Shown here piece after piece: positions 29,142 to 42,344 of a DNA stretch of 64,000 nucleotides. The stretch covers positions 3,904,001-3,968,000 of the forward strand of contig NZ_JAQNDL010000001.1 in the NCBI RefSeq assembly GCF_028368995.1, in the 5' to 3' direction. The position numbers and the translations under genes were made by a program. Position 1 is the stretch's first letter; each line of letters opens with the position of its first letter. Source of the DNA: Nannocystis bainbridge. Its GTDB lineage: Bacteria > Myxococcota_A > Polyangia > Nannocystales > Nannocystaceae. The notes below the pieces were generated by a model. That model worked only from the letters and a program-made list of their open reading frames with translations. It was not told where the DNA came from and searched no databases.

Positions 29142-31144
29142 CGCGACCTCCGCGAAGCTGGCGCCGGGGACATGTCCCTTCGGCCATCTAGCGCCGAATT
29201 CACGCTCTTGCGGGCCCCTGCAGCAGATGGCGCCGGGGACATGTTCTTCGGGTCAGCCGCCTTGCCGCTGGTCGGCGGCGGCGGCAGCAGCGGCGGCTTG
29301 CCGCGCTCGTGGGTGGCGCGCTCGACCTCGAGGTTGCGCAGCAGCAGCGACGGGCTGACGGCCGACACCGGCACATCGCCCGACTCCGCGCCGCACATCC
29401 CGTTGAAGATCCCCGGCGTGTCGCCGGTCGCCGCGATCGTCTCGAACGCCGCCAGCGGCGTCCCGACGATGTCGACCCCGCGGACCAGCTCGTCGGGGCG
29501 GCCGTCGGCCCAGATCCGGTAGACCAGCAGCGGCATCACCTTGAACGCCTGCGGGCCCGAGCGCTCGGTCGTGGTGTAGCCGCCCTGGATGTCGGAGAAC
29601 CACAGCCCGTACGGCTTGCCCTGCCGCTTGACCTCGTCGATGAGCGCGCGGCGGAGCTCCTTGTCGGGGATCGTCTTGCGGCTGGTGACGATCAGGTTGC
29701 CCTGGCGGGCCACCGCCTGGTACCCGCGCTCGCGCCGGCCGTGGCCGTTGCTCTTCGTGAACGGCAGCACCGGCGAGCGACCGAGCAGGAACGTGCGCAG
29801 CTTGCCGCGCTCGACCAGCACCACCCGCTCGGCCGGCACCCCCTCGTCGTCGACGTGGTAGTGGCCCGACAGCGGCACGCCGCCGAGCGTCTCGGCCGTG
29901 GGGTCGTCGACCATGTCCAAAAAGACAGGCAGCACCCGCTTGCCGATCATGTTGGCGAAGGTCTGACCCTCGAGGTCGTCCTTCTGCCGGTGGCCCTCGA
30001 GGCGGTGGCCGAAGATCTCGTGGAAGAACACCCCCGCCGCGCGGCCGGCCAGCACCGCCGGCCCGTTGTAGGGCTCGGCCAGCGGCGCCACCCGCAGCGC
30101 CAGCACCTCGTCGCGCAGGCGCTTGGCGGTGGCCACCAGCACCGACTGCGCCGGCATCTGCTCCGGGTCCATCGCCTCGAAGCTCTCGAAGCGGTCGAGC
30201 GTCATGCCGTCGTCGGCCTGGGCCTTGGCCTGCAGCATCAGGCGCAGGCGCACCTGCGAGCCCTGGATCCGCGTGTTCTCGCTGTTGACGTAGGCGCGGT
30301 TGTCGACCCACGCCAGGAACACCGCCTGGCTCTCGAGCACGTGCGGGTCGTCGGCCAGCGCCGCCGAGATCTCGCGCAGCCGCGGCTCCCACAGCTTGCC
30401 CAGCGCGGCGAGGTCGAGGCTGACCGGCGGCTCGGCGTGGATGTTCGGCTTCTCCTCGCTGAAGTCCGGCGACGGCGGCTTGTCCTCGGTCTGGCTCTTC
30501 AGCTGCTCGGCGCTCTCGGCCGCGCTGAAGGCCGCCAGCGCGTCCTTGTACTGCGCCTCGGTGTACTGCCAGAGCGCCTGCGACAGCGCCAGCGGATCGC
30601 TCTGCACCGACACGAACATGCCGCTGCCGAGCCCGTTGCCCGGCCCGTAGTTGGCGTCGCCCGGGTGGCTGTTGTCGAGCTGGCGCGTGCCGACGCGGAC
30701 GTCGACGTCGACCGTGCGGTCGGTGTCGGTCCGGTTGCGCACGATCTGCCCGTTCTGCGCCTCGAGCCACAGGTGGTCGCGGGCGATCAGGTCGTAGGCG
30801 AGGAAGTACGCCGGCACCTCCGCGCCCTCGCCCTGCAGCTGGGTCAGGTTCTTGAGTGTCTCTTGGGCCAGGAAATCAAGGACAGGTTCGGGCAGGCCCA
30901 CCGGGGCCCGCTTGCGCGTGATCGCGTGCTCGCGCGCCGCATCGCCGCCGACCTCCCACACGTCCGCCGCCGGCGACGTGGTCGCCTTGCGCGGCTGGCA
31001 GCTCACCAGCGTCAGCGCCCCGACCAGCGCGGCCAACCACGGGCGCGCCGTCAGGGCACCCGCGCTCGCGGCGTCTCGGCTCGCGCGCGAGAGCGCCGGG
31101 GTCGCCGCGGGTCTGGCCGACATCGGCCGCATGATAACCGACAT
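29138..31144 (-). CDS. tldD: TldD-family metalloprotease, probable lipoprotein
   Basis: GVFFHEIFGHRLEG zinc motif, DDEGV, SNGHGR, CGAESG.VPVS; lipobox-like LVSC. Confidence 0.9.
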   Translation of the reverse strand: MSVIMRPMSARPAATPALSRASRDAASAGALTARPWLAALVGALTLVSCQPRKATTSPAADVWEVGGDAAREHAITRKRAPVGLPEPVLDFLAQETLKNLTQLQGEGAEVPAYFLAYDLIARDHLWLEAQNGQIVRNRTDTDRTVDVDVRVGTRQLDNSHPGDANYGPGNGLGSGMFVSVQSDPLALSQALWQYTEAQYKDALAAFSAAESAEQLKSQTEDKPPSPDFSEEKPNIHAEPPVSLDLAALGKLWEPRLREISAALADDPHVLESQAVFLAWVDNRAYVNSENTRIQGSQVRLRLMLQAKAQADDGMTLDRFESFEAMDPEQMPAQSVLVATAKRLRDEVLALRVAPLAEPYNGPAVLAGRAAGVFFHEIFGHRLEGHRQKDDLEGQTFANMIGKRVLPVFLDMVDDPTAETLGGVPLSGHYHVDDEGVPAERVVLVERGKLRTFLLGRSPVLPFTKSNGHGRRERGYQAVARQGNLIVTSRKTIPDKELRRALIDEVKRQGKPYGLWFSDIQGGYTTTERSGPQAFKVMPLLVYRIWADGRPDELVRGVDIVGTPLAAFETIAATGDTPGIFNGMCGAESGDVPVSAVSPSLLLRNLEVERATHERGKPPLLPPPPTSGKAADPKNMSPAPSAAGARKSVNSALDGRRDMSPAPASRRSR

Positions 31145-31147
31145 TGG

Positions 31148-31468
31148 TCAGCGCCGCGGGAGCTCGATCCGCGGGCGCTTCGGATCTTCACGCGAACGGC
31201 GGCGGTAGAGCACGATCACGCGGCCGATCACCTGCACGGCGGCGCTGCCGGTCCCGGCGGCGAGCTCTTCGGCCGCTTCGACCCGCTCGCCGGGGAAGTT
31301 CTGGCCGAGCTTGACCTTGATGAGCTCGTGGTCCTCGAGCGCGATGCTCGTGGCGCGCACGACTTCGGGGGAGATCCCCTCTGCGCCGATCTGCACCACC
31401 GGGGCCAGGGGATGGGCGAGCGACTTGAGGAAGGCGCGGCTGCGGGCGCCGAGGACAGGGCGGTTCAC
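31148..31468 (-). CDS. yhbY: YhbY/CRM-domain ribosome assembly RNA-binding protein
   Basis: LKSLAHPL.PVVQIG..G, ALEDHELIKVK, VQVIGRVIVLYR. Confidence 0.92.
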   Translation of the reverse strand: MNRPVLGARSRAFLKSLAHPLAPVVQIGAEGISPEVVRATSIALEDHELIKVKLGQNFPGERVEAAEELAAGTGSAAVQVIGRVIVLYRRRSREDPKRPRIELPRR

Positions 31469-31537
31469 GCGGCGGAGTGTACCCGTCGCACGCCCGCCGC
31501 GGCCCGGCTCACGCGTGCGCGCGGTCGCGCGCGCGAC

Positions 31538-32287
31538 TCACGCCCCCTGTCGCAGCCACACCAGGAATTCGCGGTTGCCGTCCTGGCCTTCGATCGGCGA
31601 GTCGCACAGGCCCATCTGGCGCAGGCCCAGCGCCTCGGCCGCGGCGACGACCGCGCGGCAGGCTTCGGCGTGGTCCTCGGCCGCGCGCACGATCCCGCCC
31701 TTGCCGACGCGCCCCGGGCCGAGCTCGAACTGCGGCTTGATCAGCGCCACGATGTCCGCGCGGGCCGCCAAGAACGGCAGCACCGACGGCAGCACCTTCG
31801 CCAGCGAGATGAACGAGCAGTCGGCCACCGCCAGGTCGGCCGGCTCCGGGATCGCCTCGCGGGCCAGCGTGCGGATGTTGCTGCGGTCGAGCACGGTCAC
31901 CCGCGGGTCGCTCGCCAGCTTCCACGCCAGCTGCCCGTAGCCGACATCGATCGCGTAGACCCGGGCCGCGCCGGCCTGCAGCAGGCAGTCGGTGAAGCCG
32001 CCGGTCGACGCCCCGACATCGAGGGCCACGCGCTCGCGGACATCGAGCGCCGCGAACTGGTCGAGCGCGCCGCGCAGCTTGAGCCCGCCGCGCGACACGA
32101 ACGGGTGGTCGGCCACGCGCAGGCGGACCGCCGCGTCCTCCGGCACGAGCGCCCCGGGCTTGCTCTCGGTGTGGTCGCCGACGACGACCTTGCCGGCCAT
32201 GATGAGCGCCTGGGCCCGCGAGCGGGAGTCACACAGGCCGCGGTCGACGACGAGCTTGTCGAGGCGGACGCGGGGAGGTTGCGGCAC
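31538..32287 (-). CDS. tlyA: TlyA-family rRNA 2'-O-methyltransferase
   Basis: S4 domain [16 protein letters not shown]; [43 protein letters not shown]. Confidence 0.95.
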   Translation of the reverse strand: MPQPPRVRLDKLVVDRGLCDSRSRAQALIMAGKVVVGDHTESKPGALVPEDAAVRLRVADHPFVSRGGLKLRGALDQFAALDVRERVALDVGASTGGFTDCLLQAGAARVYAIDVGYGQLAWKLASDPRVTVLDRSNIRTLAREAIPEPADLAVADCSFISLAKVLPSVLPFLAARADIVALIKPQFELGPGRVGKGGIVRAAEDHAEACRAVVAAAEALGLRQMGLCDSPIEGQDGNREFLVWLRQGA

Positions 32288-32534
32288 GGGGCCCTGTCGT
32301 ATATCGCAAGCTGGTGGCGCGCACGCAGCACCTCGCCGTCGCGCCCGCGGGCCCCGAGGCGGCCCTGAACTGGTGGGTCTCTCCGCTGGACGGGCCCCAG
32401 ATCGTCCTCCTCGTCCTCGTGGTCGGGTGCGGGTTGCTCGGGCTCGCCTGGCGCGGCCAGCACCGGCCGCCGCCCGCGTGATGTTTCCCCCATCGCCCGC
32501 GGTGCCCGCGGCCTCCTCGCCGGTCGGGCGACGC

Positions 32535-32563
32535 TTGCGTCGCTGAAGCACTTGGGGTAGCTT
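32535..32563 (+). promoter_or_regulatory. Putative sigma70 promoter of tRNA-Ala
   Basis: TTGCGT-17 bp-TAGCTT upstream of the tRNA. Confidence 0.45.
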
Positions 32564-32583
32564 CCCGGGCCTCCAAGTTCGCC

Positions 32584-32656
32584 GGGGCAGTAGCTCAGCT
32601 GGGAGAGCGGTGCGTTCGCAATGCACAGGTCAGGGGTTCGATCCCCCTCTGCTCCA
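32584..32656 (+). tRNA. tRNA-Ala(CGC)
   Basis: GGGGCAGTAGCTCAGCTGGGAGAGCGGTGCGTTCGCAATGCACAGGTCAGGGGTTCGATCCCCCTCTGCTCCA; G3:U70 Ala determinant; anticodon CGC. Confidence 0.97.
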
Positions 32657-32662
32657 CTAGAA

Positions 32663-32702
32663 TTCGAGCCCGAAGTCACCCGACTTCGGGCTCGAAGCTT
32701 TT
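32663..32702 (+). terminator. Intrinsic terminator after tRNA-Ala
   Basis: TTCGAGCCCGAAGTC-ACCC-GACTTCGGGCTCGAA perfect 15-bp stem followed by GCTTTT. Confidence 0.85.
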
Positions 32703-32833
32703 AACGGCCTCGATTTTCACGGCCGCCGACCACGACGCGCGGCTTTCGTCCGCGCGACGGCCGCGATCATGGCTTGAACCGGCTGCGCCGAGGTGCCAGG
32801 ATCGGCGGACCTCACGCCCGCAGCCCTCGGTTC

Positions 32834-33607
32834 ATGTACAAGCTCTTCAAGCGCACCTTTTATCCGGGTCACTTCGAGGTGCAGATGGCGGGCGCCTGCG
32901 ACACCGGCATGTCGCGCGAGCACAACGAAGACGCGATCTCGATCCAGGAGGACGACGGTCGCGGCTACTACCTCGCCGTCGTGTGCGACGGCATGGGTGG
33001 CCACAACGCCGGCGAGCTCGCCTCGGCCCTCGCGGTCGAGCGGATCACCGCCTACATCGACGGCAACTTCCGCAAGCAGGGCCCGCGCGAGCTGCTGTAC
33101 CACGCCTTTTTGCTGGCCAGCACCGCGATCACCGAGTTCAGCGCCAAGAGCCCCGACACCGAGGGCATGGGCTGCACCTGCGTGATGGTCATGGGCATCC
33201 GCGACAAGATGTGGGTCGCGCACTCGGGCGACAGTCGGGCCTACCTCGTCGACAAGAAGGCTGCCACGCCGATCACCCTCGATCACACGATGGTCCAGGA
33301 GCTCGTGAGCAAGGGCGTGATCACCAAGGAGCAGGCCGCCGTCCACCCCTATCGCGGACGGATCTCCCGCTGCCTCGGCCACGGCCGCTCGAAGGGCGTG
33401 CCTGACATCAACGCCGGCATCATCGAGACCGGGGACAACATCCTGCTGTGCTCCGACGGCCTCTCCGATGTCGTCCCCAACGAGGAGATGCACAGCATCA
33501 TCACCCAGCATCACCCGCAGGAGGCCACGCGTCGGCTGGTCAACGCCGCCAACCGTCACGGCGGCCCCGACAACATCAGCGCCGTGCTCCTGCGCCGCGT
33601 CTGCTGA
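32834..33607 (+). CDS. PP2C-family Ser/Thr protein phosphatase
   Basis: REHNED, VCDGMGGHNAGELAS, HSGDSRAY, LLCSDGLSD, GGPDN. Confidence 0.93.
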   Translation: MYKLFKRTFYPGHFEVQMAGACDTGMSREHNEDAISIQEDDGRGYYLAVVCDGMGGHNAGELASALAVERITAYIDGNFRKQGPRELLYHAFLLASTAITEFSAKSPDTEGMGCTCVMVMGIRDKMWVAHSGDSRAYLVDKKAATPITLDHTMVQELVSKGVITKEQAAVHPYRGRISRCLGHGRSKGVPDINAGIIETGDNILLCSDGLSDVVPNEEMHSIITQHHPQEATRRLVNAANRHGGPDNISAVLLRRVC

Positions 33608-33632
33608 GTCGCCCGCGCGGGGAGCAGCGATC

Positions 33633-34244
33633 ATGCGGGGGATGCGGCCGATGCGGTGGATGCGGTGGTCGCGGCTCGTGCTCGTGAGTCTGTGCGCCTG
33701 TCGGCCCGCCGCCCCGGCCGAGCCGCAGGCGCCCTCGGCGCCCGACCTCGCCGAGCCTGCCCCTGCCGAGCCCGCGCCTGCCGAGCCTGCGCCTGTCGAG
33801 CCCAGCGCGCCTGTCGAGCCGATCGCCTACCAGCTCGATGGCAACCGCCTCGTCTTGCCGCGGCCGCTCGACTTCGCCGCCACCGCCGACGTCCCGGGCC
33901 GCGGGAGCGAGATCGCGCTGGAGCACGTTCGCGGCTATTTGCGGGCCAAACCGTCGGTCACGCAGGTTCGCATCGAGGGTCACTTCAGCGGCCCTGACGC
34001 CCAGGCCATGTCGGAGCGGCGGGCGCTGGCGGTCGCGCGTGAGCTCGTGCGCATGGGCATCGACTGCCAGCGGCTCTATCCGGTCGGCTTCGGCGACACC
34101 AAGCCGCTCGTCGATGGTTCGACGCCCGAGGGCCGGGCGCAGAACAACCGGATCGAGGTCCACAACGTCGCCCTGCGCGGGCGCGTGATCGGTGGGATGC
34201 CCGCCGACGGCGGCGGCAGGCCGGCCGGCGATCCGTGCTCGTGA
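33633..34244 (+). CDS. OmpA-like peptidoglycan-binding lipoprotein
   Basis: Lipobox LCAC; EPAPA repeats; RIEGH, SERRA.AV, GFGDTKP, NNRIE. Confidence 0.85.
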   Translation: MRGMRPMRWMRWSRLVLVSLCACRPAAPAEPQAPSAPDLAEPAPAEPAPAEPAPVEPSAPVEPIAYQLDGNRLVLPRPLDFAATADVPGRGSEIALEHVRGYLRAKPSVTQVRIEGHFSGPDAQAMSERRALAVARELVRMGIDCQRLYPVGFGDTKPLVDGSTPEGRAQNNRIEVHNVALRGRVIGGMPADGGGRPAGDPCS

Positions 34245-34366
34245 GTCTTGTGTCACCGCCTCGCAGGCGGCCTTCGAGTCCGACTCGGCGCGTGGCCTTC
34301 CGTCCGACTTCTGCGGCGTGACGAGGTTTGCAATGGCCTCGCCGCCTTGCTACCAAGCCCACACCC

Positions 34367-37975
<3,609 letters not shown>

Positions 37976-38447
37976 CGCCCCGGAGCGCGGCCCGCCGGGG
38001 CCGCGCCCGCGTCGCAGTCGCTGCAGTTGCAATCATCGGCAGCCGACGTTCGTTCTTGATAGCTCCGCGCGCATTGCGCATCCCGTCCCCTGCACGCCGA
38101 AACCGCGCGCCGCGGTCGCCAATTGGAGCAGCGAACGCGTGTGCAGGGCTGTGGCCGTCGCGCCGCGCTGCGCTCGAGCGGACGACGCGCGCGCTCGACC
38201 GCCGTTCACCTGGCGGCCGGCGCGAGCCGTTCCGCCGGACGGGTCATTGAAGACGATTCAACGCCGAGGCGAGCCGTAACACCGCCGAAATCCGCGGCCG
38301 TTGTCGGCGCGCACCCCTCATGTCACCGTTGCCGGCGCCCGTCAGTCGATCATGAAGATGGGTATGCAAGACCGGACCGATAGCCGACGGCGGCGGCCGC
38401 TAACGCCCCCACCGACCTTCTCCTGGTCCATCGCTCCCCGAGCGCCG

Positions 38448-38780
38448 ATGTCACTGCGGATGTTCACCGAGCACTGCGAACGCGACCTGGTCTCGACCTT
38501 CGTCGCCGACCTGCGCAGCCACCTCGTGGCCTACTATCGACAGTTCGGCGCCGACATCTCCTCGTCCGGCGGCAACAGCCTGCAGCAGGCCCAGGCCTCG
38601 GTGTCGCTCGACCTCGTCGTCGAGCTGGTCCACATCGAAGAGGACCCCTACTTCCACGACCTCGAGGAGTTCCGCGTCCTGCGTCACCCCGACATCGTGT
38701 TCCCCGGCTCCGACATCTCGTGGTTCGCCGCCTATCACCGCGACACCTGCCGGCTCAGCGAGATCTACGATTTTAATTGA
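38448..38780 (+). CDS. Hypothetical protein (~110 aa)
   Basis: Coding-like GC3 bias from ATG 38448; no recognised motif. Confidence 0.55.
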   Translation: MSLRMFTEHCERDLVSTFVADLRSHLVAYYRQFGADISSSGGNSLQQAQASVSLDLVVELVHIEEDPYFHDLEEFRVLRHPDIVFPGSDISWFAAYHRDTCRLSEIYDFN

Positions 38781-38792
38781 GGCCCGCGCCGC

Positions 38793-39641
38793 TCAGGTCG
38801 GATGAAAGCCCGCCGGCGGCCGCGAGCCGCGGACCCAGCCCTCACCGTCGTGCATGACCCACAGCGGGCGCTCGTCCGCGATGGGGCTCAGATGGGTGAT
38901 GGTCCCCTCCTCCTCGCCGAGCCACAGGTGAAGCATGCAGGCCGGCGGCTCCATCACGAACGCGAGCCGGTCGGCCGGCGGCAAGTCGAGCGCGACCTGG
39001 TGCGCGGTCGATGGGCAGGTGCAGGCCACGGTGCCCGCGAATCGCCGCACGATCGGCCGGTGGAGGTGCCCGCACAGGACGCGCTCGACCTGCGGGTGGC
39101 GCCGGAGCACGGCCGCCAGCGCGTCGCTGCCCGCGAGCCCGAAGGCGTCCAGCACCGCGACCCCGCTCGAGAACGGCGGGTGGTGCATGGCGATCACCGT
39201 CGGCCGCGCCGGCGCCTCCGCGAGGCGATCCGCGAGCCAGGCGAGCTGCCCATCACAGAGCCGACCGCCGGGCTGCCCCGGGACCAGCGTATCGAGCGCG
39301 ACGAGCCGCACCGGCCAATCGTCGACGACATAGTTTAAATAAGGGCCCTCGCGCTGAAGATAGGCGTGATCGGCGAATGCGCGGCGGAGGTTGTGCCGAT
39401 CGTCGTGGTTGCCGGGCAGCAAGAACACGGGCATGCGCAGCGGCGCCAGCAGCTCGCGCAGGTGCTCGTATTCGCCGACCTCGCCGTGGTCGACCAGATC
39501 GCCGGTGATCACCACCAGGTCCGGACGCCGCTCGCGGCGGTTCAGGTGCGCGACGGCGCGGGCCAGGTGCCAGGACGTGCGCAGGAGATCATCGCGCCCC
39601 GGCGCCCCGATGTGCGTATCGCTGATCTGCGCGATGAGCAT
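38793..39641 (-). CDS. cpdA: CpdA/Icc-like metallophosphoesterase (cyclic-nucleotide phosphodiesterase)
   Basis: IAQISDTH, TGDLVD, PGNHD, MHHPP, CGHLH. Confidence 0.85.
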   Translation of the reverse strand: MLIAQISDTHIGAPGRDDLLRTSWHLARAVAHLNRRERRPDLVVITGDLVDHGEVGEYEHLRELLAPLRMPVFLLPGNHDDRHNLRRAFADHAYLQREGPYLNYVVDDWPVRLVALDTLVPGQPGGRLCDGQLAWLADRLAEAPARPTVIAMHHPPFSSGVAVLDAFGLAGSDALAAVLRRHPQVERVLCGHLHRPIVRRFAGTVACTCPSTAHQVALDLPPADRLAFVMEPPACMLHLWLGEEEGTITHLSPIADERPLWVMHDGEGWVRGSRPPAGFHPT

Positions 39642-39661
39642 GGTGTCCCCTCGACCTGCGA

Positions 39662-40702
39662 TCACCGCATCAGCGTCATCTCGCTGCCGGGCAGCGCCAC
39701 GCCCTCGCGGAACCCGAGCCCGTGATAGAACGACTGCGCGTCGCGGGTGCGCAGGAGGACGCGCCGACAGCCGCGGACCCGCGGGTGATCGAGCAACATC
39801 TTTGTAAGAGCCTTGCCGAGCCCGCGGCCGCGCCACGACTCCGCCACCGCGATGTCGAGCAAGAAGGCGCAGCGGGCCCCGTCGGCGATCGCTCGCCCGG
39901 TGGCGACGAGCGCCCCCGCCTGGTCGCGCGCGCCCACCCACGCCGACGACGAGAGCTGCGCGCGCACGATCCTGTCCTTCGGGACATCCACGTTCCAGTA
40001 TTGCCCCCCGAGCAGCAGGGCCACCTCCGCGACGTCGGCCGGCCCGAGCGCGCAGTGGAGCCGCGCCCCCGCGGGCGCCTGCAGGAACTCGGGCGTCGCC
40101 ACGTTCGGGTTGGCTGCCCGCACCAAATCGATCGCCCGCGGATCCCCAGCCTCGCCGCGCGCCCACAGGAATCGCAGCACCTTGCCCAGGTCGTCGGCGC
40201 TGCGGTTCTGGCCCAGCTTGGCCTTGCCGTCGACCTGCGTCAGCGGCAGGCCGACCACCGCGATCCCCCGCACCGGCCCGCGGTAGCGCGGATCGTCGGC
40301 GGTGATCGGCGCATGGCCGCCCTCCGGCTGATGCTTCTCCATCAACGCTTGCAGCACCCGGGCCTTGAGCGCCGGGTCCTCCACGCCCACCAGCGTCCCG
40401 TGCACCTGGGCGCTGCGGTAATACGTGGTCGCCGGGCAGGCCCGCTCCGGGTCGAACACGTGGCTCGGGATCGTCGCCACCAGCTCGTCCGCGGCGATCA
40501 CCGCCGCGCGCCCCACCGCCTCCGACTTCTCGCCGACGGGCGCCGCGTGGAAGTACAGCCAATCGTCGACCACCACCGCGTGCAGCGTGCGCAGCACCGG
40601 CTGCCCCTGCTCGCCGATCCCCGCCAGGCGCACCACCGGCGCCGCCGCCAGCAGCGCGACCGCCTCCTCGCGCGCCATCCCGAAGAACTCCTGCTTGCGC
40701 AT
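39662..40702 (-). CDS. Pyridoxamine-5'-phosphate-oxidase-like flavin-binding domain fused to GNAT acetyltransferase
   Basis: LYFHAA..GEK, ATTYYRSAQVHG, GKAKLGQN; C-terminal LLDIAVAESWRGRGLG...AQSFY..LGF. Confidence 0.85.
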   Translation of the reverse strand: MRKQEFFGMAREEAVALLAAAPVVRLAGIGEQGQPVLRTLHAVVVDDWLYFHAAPVGEKSEAVGRAAVIAADELVATIPSHVFDPERACPATTYYRSAQVHGTLVGVEDPALKARVLQALMEKHQPEGGHAPITADDPRYRGPVRGIAVVGLPLTQVDGKAKLGQNRSADDLGKVLRFLWARGEAGDPRAIDLVRAANPNVATPEFLQAPAGARLHCALGPADVAEVALLLGGQYWNVDVPKDRIVRAQLSSSAWVGARDQAGALVATGRAIADGARCAFLLDIAVAESWRGRGLGKALTKMLLDHPRVRGCRRVLLRTRDAQSFYHGLGFREGVALPGSEMTLMR

Positions 40703-40721
40703 GCTTCGAGGATGGCCGCAC

Positions 40722-40768
40722 ACTGGTCCATGAAAAAGGTCCAGTTCTTCCATGTCGAGCAGACCAGT
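40722..40768. promoter_or_regulatory. Probable MocR operator in the 49-bp divergent spacer
   Basis: ACTGGTCCA-tgaaaaa-GGTCCAGT (direct GGTCCA and inverted ACTGG/CCAGT), plus GACCAGT at 40762; this direct plus inverted layout is typical of MocR-family sites. Confidence 0.55.
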
Positions 40769-42233
40769 TCGCCCGTGGCAGATCGCCGTCGACCTCGACC
40801 CCGCCGGCGATCTGCCGCTGTTCGTGCAGATCGCCCACGCCGTCTCGGCCGACATCCGGCGCGGCCGCCTGCGCCCCGGTGACCCGCTGCCCGGCAGCCG
40901 GCGCCTCGCCGACGACCTCGGCGTCCACCGCAACACCGTGCTCGCCGCCTTCCGCGAGCTCGAGTCCGAGGGGTGGATCGACAGCGCCCGCGCCCGCGGC
41001 ACCTTCGTCTCGCCCACCCTCCCCGAGCCCACCCCGCGGCGCGCCGGCCAGGCCCTGCGCACCGGCGTCCCTGCCCGGCCGGCGTTCGACCTCGCGCCCG
41101 GCCCCGACGGCTACTTCCCCATCCCGCGCACGCCCGGCCTGCTCGTCTTGCCCGGCGGCGTGCCCGACCTGCACCTCGTGCCCGCCGCCAGCCTCGCCCG
41201 CGCCTATCGCCGCGCCCTCGCCCGCCCCGACTTGCTCGGCTATGGCGACCCGCGCGGCCTCGTCGACCTGCGCCGCGCCCTCGCCGACATGCTCGCCGCC
41301 ACCCGCGGCCTGGCCTGCGGCGAAGACGACCTGATCGTCACGCGCGGCAGCCAGATGGCCCTCTCGCTGGTGGCCCGCGCCCTGCTGCGCCCCGGTGACG
41401 TCGTCGCCGTCGAGGACCCCGGCTATCGCCCCGCGTGGGAGGCCCTGCGCCTCGCCGGAGCGCGCCTCGTACCGATCGCCACCGACGCCAGCGGCCTCGA
41501 CGTCGACGCCCTCGCCGCCCTGCTCGAGCGCGAACCAGTGCGCGCCGTCTACACCACCCCGCACCATCAATATCCGACCACCGTCACCCTCGCCGCCGGT
41601 CGCCGCTTGCAGCTGTTGGCGCTCGCCCGCGCCCACCGCATGGCGATCCTCGAGGACGACTACGACCACGAATTCCACTACGAGGGCCGCCCCGTGCTCC
41701 CGCTCGCCAGCGGCGACGCGGCCGGCTCCGTCGTCTACGTCGGCACCCTCTCGAAGGTCCTCGCGCCGGGTCTGCGGATCGGCTACTGCGTCGCCCCGCA
41801 GCCGTTGCTCGAGCGCGTCGTCGCCGTCCGCTCCTTCACCGATCTCAACGGCGATCGCACCCTCGAGGCCGCCGTCGCCGAGCTGCTGACGAGCGGCGAG
41901 GTCGGTCGTCACATTCGCCGCGCCCGTCGCACCTACCTGGCCCGCCGCGACGCCCTGCTCGCCGCCCTCGCCACGCGCCTCGCCGGGGTCCTGCGGATCG
42001 CCCCGCCGAGCGGCGGCATGGCCCTGTGGGCCCGCACCCACGGCGTCGACCCTTCCGCGTGGGCCCGCGCCGCCCAGGCCCGCGGCGTCGCTTTTCAGGT
42101 CGGCAAGCAGTTCAGCTTCGAGTCGCGCCCGCTCCCGTACGTGCGCCTCGGCTTCGCCGGCCTCGACGAACGCGGCCTCACCGAAGCCGTGCGCCGCATG
42201 ACCCTCGCGCTGGCCGACCTGCGCAAGTCGTGA
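40752..42233 (+). CDS. MocR/GabR-family regulator (GntR HTH + PLP aminotransferase-like domain)
   Basis: LPGSRRLADDLGVHRNTV...GTFV; EDPGY, TP.HQYPT, EDDYDHEF, GTLSKVLAPGLRIG. Confidence 0.95.
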   Translation: MSSRPVRPWQIAVDLDPAGDLPLFVQIAHAVSADIRRGRLRPGDPLPGSRRLADDLGVHRNTVLAAFRELESEGWIDSARARGTFVSPTLPEPTPRRAGQALRTGVPARPAFDLAPGPDGYFPIPRTPGLLVLPGGVPDLHLVPAASLARAYRRALARPDLLGYGDPRGLVDLRRALADMLAATRGLACGEDDLIVTRGSQMALSLVARALLRPGDVVAVEDPGYRPAWEALRLAGARLVPIATDASGLDVDALAALLEREPVRAVYTTPHHQYPTTVTLAAGRRLQLLALARAHRMAILEDDYDHEFHYEGRPVLPLASGDAAGSVVYVGTLSKVLAPGLRIGYCVAPQPLLERVVAVRSFTDLNGDRTLEAAVAELLTSGEVGRHIRRARRTYLARRDALLAALATRLAGVLRIAPPSGGMALWARTHGVDPSAWARAAQARGVAFQVGKQFSFESRPLPYVRLGFAGLDERGLTEAVRRMTLALADLRKS

Positions 42234-42344
42234 CGCTCGCGGACGCTCGAACGGTTCGTGAACGGCCCACGGCGGTCTTGCGAGCGCGATCGAGGTAAAG
42301 CCCGCCGCGAGCCCGCGCCGTCGCGCTATCCTCGACGCGCCGCC

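Noticed and set aside
29309-32368. Very long alternative-frame or antisense ORFs (also 22..1344, 34253..36886, 34471..37917, 47845..51201 and the upstream part of 38793..42884)
   Set aside because: Arg/Ala/Gly/Pro-rich shadow ORFs expected from high GC3; they overlap well-supported genes.
33633-33668. Four ATGCGG-NNN 9-bp repeats at the OmpA-like gene start
   Set aside because: Likely simple slippage that only makes the start codon ambiguous; no evidence of function.
34245-34366. SAM or cobalamin riboswitch upstream of metH
   Set aside because: The spacer is short and no conserved riboswitch core was recognisable.
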